A DNA stretch of 64,000 bases, taken from assembly GCA_026415575.1 (NCBI GenBank), contig JAOAGV010000009.1, positions 1,059 to 65,058 on the forward strand, given 5' to 3'. The DNA comes from Candidatus Sumerlaeia bacterium. Lineage in GTDB: Bacteria > Sumerlaeota > Sumerlaeia > JADFCW01. The notes beneath the pieces are model-generated. The model had not been told where the DNA came from. It made no database searches and saw only the letters and a list, made by a program, of their open reading frames with translations. Positions 1 to 6,849 of this stretch are shown here, in pieces (position 1 is the first letter of the stretch; each line of letters opens with the position of its first letter). A program made the translations under genes and the position numbers.

Positions 1-1611
1 CCCTGCCGCCGGCCGCCCGCGTCTGGAATGAGATGCAGTGGCGCGAACCGGTCTAAGCCGAACGCAAAGGATGTTTTTTGTCCGGCGCGTGAGTCGTGCC
101 TCATGGCTCGTGCGCAAACCGACCACCCATAGAATTTGCCGGCGGTCGCACAGCAGAAGCAACCGGTCGCGCTGTCCAATGGGCACCTTTTCATCTATCA
201 AGAATTCCTTGAGCTTGCGCGAACCCGGCGCCCCCAGAGGATGCATGCGATCACCCGGCCGGCGGTTGCGCAACACCAGCGGCTCTGCAATCCGGTCGGC
301 GTCAAAATATTGAATCAAATTCTCTGCGTTCGTTGCCCGCAAAGCCTGTTCCATCGCCCGCCGGAATAGAGCCGGCTGCCGCTGCCGTTTAATGCGTCGA
401 ATGGCAACGGTCAGATGCGATAACTTCCGGGGCCCGGATGAAAGGTCCCCCGCAGCAATATCGCATTTTCCTTCCGGCGGCAATTCGACGGGTTCTTTCA
501 GAGCGCATTGCGGCGGGCCGGCGATATCGTCTGTTTCCCCTGCGCCGCTTTTTCGTTCACGAATCACTGTTGCACCCAGTGCCGGCGACCACCAGCGGAC
601 AAAATCCCCGTCCACGAAAAACTCCACCCCCTCCGCGCATCGCACGCAAGCGCGCGGACTTGGCCGCCGAACCAGCCCGATCAATTCTTCGATTTGCCGG
701 CCCGACGGCGGATGGTCGCAGTCGGCAACGGCCGCAACCCACAGCCGGAAAAGGCGCGCCAGAACGGGCGGTTCGAGACCTCGCAGCGTTTTCAGCGCAA
801 CGGCCTGCGGTGGCCGGGCTGCGGCCGACTTCATCTGCAAGACATCCAAGGCTCGCCTCGTAAAATACGCCTCATCTTCCTGAAACCACCGTGCGTTGTC
901 GGCCAGCAAGGTGCGCAGGTTTGGATTGTATTCGCGCTCGAGCAGCGGCAGCAACTCATGGCGGATGCGGTTGCGCAGCCAGCGCGGATCGCTATTCGAC
1001 CGGTCTTCGCGCCACTTCAGCCCGCGCCGCCGGAGAAAATCACAAATCTCCGCGTGCGCGCACTCATACAGCGGCCGCACATAGGTGACCCCGCCGATTG
1101 TTTGCCGCGGGAGAAATCCGCCCATCCCCGCCGGACCCGAACCGCGCAACAGGTGCATCAGAACCGTTTCCGCCTGATCGTCGCGATGATGAGCCAGCGC
1201 GACCGTTGCGATGCCCTCGGCCTTGGCCAGCGCCTCGAACGCACGATAGCGCTGTTCGCGCAAAAACGATTCCCGCGGTCCAAACCGTCGGATGATGGCG
1301 CGATACATGGCGTCGCGCCCCAAATGCCGGATGCGGCACGGCAGGCCCAGACGCCCGGCCAGTTGCCGGACAAACCGCTGGTCACCTCCGCTCTCGCGCC
1401 CGCGCAGGGTGTGATTGACATGCAACACCGTCAGCCGCCATTGCCACCGCGGGGCGATCTCCGCCAGTGCCGCAAGCAGCGCCACCGAATCCGCGCCGCC
1501 CGAAACGGCCACGCCGACCGCCTGCCCCCGTGTCATCAGGCCATAGCGCCGAATCGTTGCCTCAACCTTCACGATGAATGGAATGCGCTCGTGCTTGGAC
1601 GGCCGGGGCAT
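1..1611 (-). CDS. tilS: tRNA(Ile)-lysidine synthase TilS; the 3' end runs off the left edge of the window
   Basis: Absent from the ORF track because this minus-strand frame has no stop before position 1 (I checked the codons from position 540 down to position 1). My translation from ATG 1611 gives MPRPSKHERIPFIVKVEATIRRYGLMTRGQAVGVAVSGGADSVALLAALAEIAPRWQWRLTVLHVNHTLRGRESGGD, which carries the PP-loop SGGxDS motif. Near the edge it reads LVLRNRRPGDRMHPLGAPGSRKLKEFLIDEKVPIGQRDRLLLLCDRRQILWVVGLR, a TilS C-terminal domain signature. Confidence 0.85.
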   Translation of the reverse strand, partial: MPRPSKHERIPFIVKVEATIRRYGLMTRGQAVGVAVSGGADSVALLAALAEIAPRWQWRLTVLHVNHTLRGRESGGDQRFVRQLAGRLGLPCRIRHLGRDAMYRAIIRRFGPRESFLREQRYRAFEALAKAEGIATVALAHHRDDQAETVLMHLLRGSGPAGMGGFLPRQTIGGVTYVRPLYECAHAEICDFLRRRGLKWREDRSNSDPRWLRNRIRHELLPLLEREYNPNLRTLLADNARWFQEDEAYFTRRALDVLQMKSAAARPPQAVALKTLRGLEPPVLARLFRLWVAAVADCDHPPSGRQIEELIGLVRRPSPRACVRCAEGVEFFVDGDFVRWWSPALGATVIRERKSGAGETDDIAGPPQCALKEPVELPPEGKCDIAAGDLSSGPRKLSHLTVAIRRIKRQRQPALFRRAMEQALRATNAENLIQYFDADRIAEPLVLRNRRPGDRMHPLGAPGSRKLKEFLIDEKVPIGQRDRLLLLCDRRQILWVVGLRTSHEARLTRRTKNILCVRLRPVRATASHSRRGRPAAG

Positions 1612-1633
1612 TGTTTATATCCCAAATTCGATA

Positions 1634-2767
1634 CTATCGCAACGCCGTCGCGATGGCTGTTTGATACACTGCCTCGTATTGCGCCGCGATGCGATCGGGA
1701 GCAAACTGATCGAGAACCTTCTGGCGGCCCGAGCGTCCCATGGCCCGCGCCCGCTCGCCGTCTTGCAACAACTCAACGGCGCGCGCAGCCAGCGCCTCAA
1801 CGTCGCCAAACGAAACCAAGCAGCCTGTCGCACCATCCGTCACCACCTCGACGATTCCGCCTCCTGCGTAGGCCACCACGGGCACCTGTGCGCTCATGGC
1901 TTCGAGAGCGGCGAGGCCGAACGCTTCGTTCTTGCTCGTGAGCAGAAACACATCGGCGATCGAATAGAAACACTCGGTCGAGGTGTGCCGGCCCAGAAAC
2001 GCCGTGGCGCCAAGCACGCCCAGTTCGCGGGCAAGGTCTTCGGCGGCCTCGCGCTCCGGTCCGTCGCCAACCAGCAGAAGCCGCGCCTTTACCTTCTCGC
2101 GTATCTTCGCAAACGCCCGAACCACATCGCCGACCCGTTTGACCGGCCGGAAATTCGAGATGTGCAGGACGACCTTTTCCCCTTCGCCCACAAACCGGCG
2201 CATCGGGCATTCGCCGTGCCGGCAGCGGTAAATCTCCGGGTCCACAAAATTCGGCGTCACGGCAATCGGCCGCGTAGTCTGGAACTGCCCGACCGTCTGA
2301 TCGGCCAGCCATTGCGAGACCGCCGTCACGGCATCGCTCTGCTCGATGGCAAACCGCACGGCCGGATGCAGTGCCGGATGGCTGCCCACCAGCGTAATGT
2401 CGGTACCGTGCAGCGTCGTGACCAGCGCAATTCTGCGCGGCGCCAGCATCTGCCGCGCCAGATATGCGCTGACGGCATGCGGCACAGCATAATGAACATG
2501 AATGACGTCGAGTTCGGCCTGCACGGTCAACTCCATGATCTTCACCGCCAGCGAAAGCGTGTAGGATGGCGAGGGAAAGACCGGATAGTCTATCAGATTG
2601 ACTTTGTGATAGTGGACGTTTTCTTCCGAGGCGACGGCAAGCCGGAACGGCATCGAGTAGGAGATGAAATGAACCGTGTGGCCGCGGCGGGCCAGATAGC
2701 GTCCCAGCTCGGTCGCCACCACACCGCTTCCGCCATAGGTCGGGTAGCAGACCATACCGATTTTCAA
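1634..2767 (-). CDS. bshA: N-acetyl-alpha-D-glucosaminyl L-malate synthase (bacillithiol biosynthesis glycosyltransferase BshA, GT4)
   Basis: Track ORF 1634..2824. From the internal TTG at 2767 the product reads [42 protein letters not shown]...[12 protein letters not shown]...[11 protein letters not shown]...LLLVGDGPE. This is colinear with Bacillus BshA as I remember it. It lies directly downstream of an LmbE-type deacetylase. The start is uncertain (TTG 2767 or ATG 2755); the GTG at 2824 would translate through DnaA-box-like repeats. Confidence 0.8.
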   Translation of the reverse strand: MKIGMVCYPTYGGSGVVATELGRYLARRGHTVHFISYSMPFRLAVASEENVHYHKVNLIDYPVFPSPSYTLSLAVKIMELTVQAELDVIHVHYAVPHAVSAYLARQMLAPRRIALVTTLHGTDITLVGSHPALHPAVRFAIEQSDAVTAVSQWLADQTVGQFQTTRPIAVTPNFVDPEIYRCRHGECPMRRFVGEGEKVVLHISNFRPVKRVGDVVRAFAKIREKVKARLLLVGDGPEREAAEDLARELGVLGATAFLGRHTSTECFYSIADVFLLTSKNEAFGLAALEAMSAQVPVVAYAGGGIVEVVTDGATGCLVSFGDVEALAARAVELLQDGERARAMGRSGRQKVLDQFAPDRIAAQYEAVYQTAIATALR

Positions 2768-2804
2768 GCAGTTTTTACGTTCCACGGGATGGTTTCCTTT
2801 GAAG

Positions 2805-2952
2805 TTTTCCACAAGGATTTCCACAAACCATTTCTACGCCAAAAACAGGGGATACGCACAAAACTCGCGTCCTTGTTGCAATTGCTCCAGTCCTCTCATT
2901 TGGGGAGATTCTGTGGAAAAAGCGTCCGATTCTGTGGAAAAGATGTGGACAA
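2805..2952. promoter_or_regulatory. Cluster of five DnaA-box-like 9-mers between bshB1 and bshA
   Basis: On the plus strand: TTTTCCACA 2805-2813 and ATTTCCACA 2817-2825. As reverse complements: TTTTCCACA 2912-2920, TTTTCCACA 2933-2941 and TTGTCCACA 2944-2952. Each has 0-2 mismatches to TTATCCACA. Two boxes sit in a 21-nt-spaced direct repeat GATTCTGTGGAAAA. The surrounding 150 bp is visibly more AT-rich than the flanks. Confidence 0.5.
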
Positions 2953-2959
2953 CCGCGCC

Positions 2960-3724
2960 TTAAACCCCTTTCCCCACGCTGCCCCGAAAATGTGCAACCG
3001 GATCCTCTATCGTCGGAATTCCACGCAGGATAAAGGCCTCCCCGTAGTTTTCCCCAACCAGCGTGCCCCAATACCGTGCCACCGATTTGATGAATTCGTC
3101 GAACCCTTTCCGACTTAGCCGCGTTTCGGGCCCCTTGAACTCCGGATTGTAAAACTGAGACTTGTAGGCGCGCATGGCCGCCATTTTCTTTTCCATTGTG
3201 TCGTTGACCGGAACCACAAACGACGGCGTCGGCGGTGCGGCCAGAGTCCCGCCAACAAATTCGATCAGCGCCGCAGGACCGAACCTCTCCTGCCCTGTGT
3301 CGAAGCCGGCAACGTTGGCGAAGAAGCAGGCCTCGCGCACCAGCTGGCATGCTCGGCGGTGGTCGGGATGGCGCTCATCCGGCCCGTGCGAGAAAACCAG
3401 CGTCGGGCGTTCAGCCCGAATCAACCGCACCAACTCCAGACGGTGGCCCGGCTCCAGACCAATCCGGCTGTCGCCCATGTCGAGCGCAATGCGTTTGGTC
3501 AGACCAAGAATGCGGGCCGCTTCGGCCGCCTCGGCGCCGCGCATTTCGGGCGTGCCCCGGCTGCCGCACTCCCCGCGCGTCAGGTCGGCAACCGCCACAC
3601 GGTAGCCGCGGTCGGCCAGTTTCGCCAACGTCCCGCCCATAAACAATTCACAATCATCCGGATGCGCCCCAATTGCCAAAACATCCATCCCGTTCACTCC
3701 GTCTGTCGTGTTTGTTGCGTCCAT
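2960..3724 (-). CDS. bshB1: N-acetyl-alpha-D-glucosaminyl L-malate deacetylase (LmbE/PIG-L family, BshB1-like)
   Basis: Track ORF 2960..3763. MDVLAIGAHPDDCELFMGGTLAKLADRGYRVAVADLTRGE...HGPDERHPDHRRA carries the AHPDD and HPDH zinc-deacetylase motifs, and the gene is adjacent to bshA. The start is ambiguous (ATG 3763, 3724 or 3688). Confidence 0.8.
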   Translation of the reverse strand: MDATNTTDGVNGMDVLAIGAHPDDCELFMGGTLAKLADRGYRVAVADLTRGECGSRGTPEMRGAEAAEAARILGLTKRIALDMGDSRIGLEPGHRLELVRLIRAERPTLVFSHGPDERHPDHRRACQLVREACFFANVAGFDTGQERFGPAALIEFVGGTLAAPPTPSFVVPVNDTMEKKMAAMRAYKSQFYNPEFKGPETRLSRKGFDEFIKSVARYWGTLVGENYGEAFILRGIPTIEDPVAHFRGSVGKGV

Positions 3725-3928
3725 GACCAACTCGCAAAAGCATTTTCCACGCTCCCAAATCAAATCAAGTCTTTATCCTATGATGCGGTCGGCGCGGAAG
3801 CCGACCGTCCGTGACATTCGCATCCAACGGCAATCCCGATACGCATCGGAACTACTCCTCCAAACACTTCCCGCTTGAAGGCGGAACGTGTGCGGCACTA
3901 AAGTTGCGGCATGGTTGGAGAGGGCCTC

Positions 3929-5713
3929 ATGAAACGGTCTGGGAAACAAATACAAATGTCCGTGATCGGGTTGGCCGGTGTTTTTGCCGCAGTGGTGCAG
4001 GGAATGCTGGTGCCTTCTGCGAACGCCGACTACATTGTCCGCAAGGACGGCAAGCGGTTGCAGGGGCTGGTGCGCGAGGAGACGCCGCAGTTGATCCGGT
4101 TTGAGACACCCGACCGAATCGTCCTGACGTTCAGCCGGTCTGAAGTCGAGCGGGTCGAGCGGGAGGAGTCGCGCGAGAATCTGGCGTTGTCGGCGGCAAT
4201 CCATTTGCGGCGGCCGGATTTTATTGAGGCCTCGAACCTGCTGCGCCGTGCCTTGGAGATGGGATTGGACGTGCACCGCGCACGGCAGATTATCCTCGAG
4301 GTGTCGCCGCATTTTCTCGACCGCATGACGTATATGTCGAGCACCGACCGAAAGCAATGGCTGGCGCTGTGCGAGGAGTTGTCGCGCCGCGGAGCGCCGG
4401 ATTCGGACTGGACCTATTTCCGGGGCGACATGGCACTGGCCATGGGCGAGCCGGCGGCGGCCATGACGGCGTGGCGGTCGTTGGACGCCGCGTATTTTTC
4501 CAGCCAGCCGGCCAAACGAACGCGCGTCATCCAATGGGCGCTGCCGCGACTGATTCGGGCCGCCAACGAAGGACAGTTCGAGGAATGCGTAGGCATGCTG
4601 GAACTGCTGCACGCGCTCGATCCGGCCCGCGGCAAATCGTGCCAGGTCTGGCTGGCCCTTGGGAAAGCCAGTGCGGCGCGCCGGCGGGGCAATATCGGCG
4701 AGGCCTGCCGGCTCTATGCCGAGGAGGTGGTGCCGCTGGCGCCGGCAATTGGGCGGGAGTGCTTGCGAACATTGCTCGAACCGGAGTGCGATGTGTTGTG
4801 CGAACGGGGCCATTTCAACGAAGCGCTCGCCTTCGTGCGCGATTATGCCAAACCGCATGTTCCCGACCTTGCCGCGCGGCTGATGACCAAGATTTACCGG
4901 CAGGCGATCCACCACCATCTGTCGAACGGCCATTGGGAGATGGCGCGGGGACTTCTGGCCGAGGGCAGCGCGTATTTTGACGAGCGCGAGCGCGAACAAC
5001 TTAAACAGGAGTGCTACTGGGGCGAGCAGCGGTCGCGCGTTCCTGCCGACGATGCTGCGCGGCATTTTCAACTGGGCTTGGAGCTGCAAAAACGGAAGAT
5101 GAACGGCGCGGCGGTTGAAGAGTTCATTCTCGCCGCGCGATCGTCGCAACTGCGCGAAATGGCGGAAAAGCAGATCGCGCTGATCCGCGAAGGCGAGGCG
5201 CTGGCGCTTCTGGAAAAAATTGCCAGCCTGTATGGCGAAAGTCGGTACGTCGAGGTGCTCGACACGGCCGACCAGTTCCGTTCCCGCCATCCCAAATCCC
5301 CGTTGACCGACCGCGTGGATTCGCTGGCCCGGCTGGCGCGCACCAAACTGGCCGAGCAGTCGCTGACCGCCGAAGCGTTGGCCCTCAGCCGCATTGATCA
5401 GGCGCGCCGGCTTTTGCTCCAAGGCCGGCCCGACGAGGCGCTCGAAATGGTGGACAGCGTCCTTCACGAACAGTTCACCACCGCGACCGTGGCCGCCGAG
5501 CCGTTGGTCCGCGCACGCGCGCTCAAGCAGGAAATTCTCAAGGCACAAATCGCTGCGGGTGTCGGGTCGGGCGGCGGAAAAAGTGACGCCTCCAGCGCGG
5601 CGGCAACTGCCGGGCCCTTCCTGCCCGGTTTGCTCCCTTCGGCGGTCGAACAACTCAACGAAGATGCCTTCAAAAGAGAAATACAAGAAATCTTGAAACA
5701 GCTTCAGCTGTAG
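3929..5713 (+). CDS. Hypothetical secreted protein with a small N-terminal beta-type domain followed by a long helical (TPR-like) region
   Basis: Track ORF 3911..5713. GGAGAGGG precedes ATG 3929. The signal-peptide-like N-terminus is MKRSGKQIQMSVIGLAGVFAAVVQGMLVPSANA/DY. Composition is normal (E, L, A, R), unlike the R/G/P-rich antisense ORF 3773..5887. I recognised no family. Confidence 0.7.
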   Translation: MKRSGKQIQMSVIGLAGVFAAVVQGMLVPSANADYIVRKDGKRLQGLVREETPQLIRFETPDRIVLTFSRSEVERVEREESRENLALSAAIHLRRPDFIEASNLLRRALEMGLDVHRARQIILEVSPHFLDRMTYMSSTDRKQWLALCEELSRRGAPDSDWTYFRGDMALAMGEPAAAMTAWRSLDAAYFSSQPAKRTRVIQWALPRLIRAANEGQFEECVGMLELLHALDPARGKSCQVWLALGKASAARRRGNIGEACRLYAEEVVPLAPAIGRECLRTLLEPECDVLCERGHFNEALAFVRDYAKPHVPDLAARLMTKIYRQAIHHHLSNGHWEMARGLLAEGSAYFDEREREQLKQECYWGEQRSRVPADDAARHFQLGLELQKRKMNGAAVEEFILAARSSQLREMAEKQIALIREGEALALLEKIASLYGESRYVEVLDTADQFRSRHPKSPLTDRVDSLARLARTKLAEQSLTAEALALSRIDQARRLLLQGRPDEALEMVDSVLHEQFTTATVAAEPLVRARALKQEILKAQIAAGVGSGGGKSDASSAAATAGPFLPGLLPSAVEQLNEDAFKREIQEILKQLQL

Positions 5714-5784
5714 GGCAGGATTATGAGCGAATTCCGCTTCGGCGGGGTCGCCGGACAGCGCATGGAATTCCGGGATACGCATTG

Positions 5785-6759
5785 ATGCAAGCGCTGATTG
5801 AAAAACACAGTCCGCTGGCTCTCTCGCTGCTCTTTCATGCGGCGCTTTTGCTGGCGCTGCTGCGTACATGGAGCGAGCCGCCGACACCTGCGCCGCGCAT
5901 GCCGCCGCTGTTCATTCACGTGGTGCGTCCGGAACCGCCCCTTGAGCCGGCTCCGCACCAAGAAAACGCCGCGCAGCCGGAAACCGCCCAAACCAATCCG
6001 CTGCCGTCCAAGCCGGCCCTCAGCCAGCCGCAGCGGACTTCGCCCGAGGCGGTCGAGGACGAAAAAGCCGAAGCGGCCGTCGTTCTGAATCCCGCGCCGC
6101 CCGACCCCGTACCGATTCCGCCGCAACCGGAAACCGAAAAGCCGCCCGAACCCCCTGCACCCCAGCCGCCGTCGGCAACGCCCACGCCGCCGCCCACCTC
6201 GCAGCAGATCGCCCCCCTGCCCGAACCGCCGATCAGCCCGGAGATGCTCGAACAGTTTCGGGCGAGCGTCGAGAAAACCGAAGCCGAGCAGGAAGCGCAA
6301 AAATCCCGCATTATGGCGCAAGTGGCCACCATTACCAACAGCGCCGAGGCCGGCGGCGTCAAGCGGCCGTACACCAGCGCCGGAAGCGAGCGCGGCACCG
6401 TGCGCGAAATTGACATGGCGCGCTATCCCAAATCCATGCAGGAGAGGTTCATGGCGCGCTACAAAATCAAAATCCAAAGCCGGCTGGTCAAAGACGGCGG
6501 GCGCTCTTCCTATGTCAACGCCGTCACGACCGATCGCGGAACGTATCTGAACAGCGGTGGAACGGGCTATTATGAGGTGATGACGCTTTCGGGCGAGGTG
6601 CTGGCGCGCATGGCGCAGCTGGAAGAAGCGGAGCTTCGAAAGCGCAACCTCAACCCCACGCGCGCGCTGGTGCGCGAAATCGTGTTCGGGTTGCGTGAGG
6701 AACCCAACGGACAAGTGGACTTGTACGTAACGCGCTTTCGCGCCGACCCGATTGAATAG
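5785..6759 (+). CDS. Hypothetical membrane-anchored protein with a proline-rich spacer and an unknown C-terminal domain
   Basis: N-terminal TM segment LALSLLFHAALLLALL, then about 130 aa rich in P/E/A (PPQPETEKPPEPPAPQPPSATPTPPPT), then a globular C-terminus. The layout is TonB-like, but the C-terminal sequence does not look like a TonB C-terminal domain to me. Confidence 0.65.
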   Translation: MQALIEKHSPLALSLLFHAALLLALLRTWSEPPTPAPRMPPLFIHVVRPEPPLEPAPHQENAAQPETAQTNPLPSKPALSQPQRTSPEAVEDEKAEAAVVLNPAPPDPVPIPPQPETEKPPEPPAPQPPSATPTPPPTSQQIAPLPEPPISPEMLEQFRASVEKTEAEQEAQKSRIMAQVATITNSAEAGGVKRPYTSAGSERGTVREIDMARYPKSMQERFMARYKIKIQSRLVKDGGRSSYVNAVTTDRGTYLNSGGTGYYEVMTLSGEVLARMAQLEEAELRKRNLNPTRALVREIVFGLREEPNGQVDLYVTRFRADPIE

Positions 6760-6849
6760 GTTACGGGGTTAGTCAAAAAAACCCCGGCCGTCTTTCCACG
6801 CATCCCAAACCGCACCGCTTTTATCGCATAGCAGCGCTTCGAAGATTCG

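Noticed and set aside
508-1941. 477-aa plus-strand ORF
   Set aside because: It is a shadow of tilS and bshA. The translation is Arg/Pro-rich junk, and the opposite strand carries clear TilS and BshA motifs.
3773-5887. 704-aa minus-strand ORF
   Set aside because: The R/G/A/P-rich low-complexity translation is typical of an antisense shadow ORF in high-GC DNA. The plus-strand ORF has a signal peptide, an RBS and normal composition.
6764-6786. Hairpin CGGGG-N13-CCCCG between convergent genes as a terminator
   Set aside because: The stem is only 5 bp. The A/T run lies inside the loop rather than after the stem on either strand.
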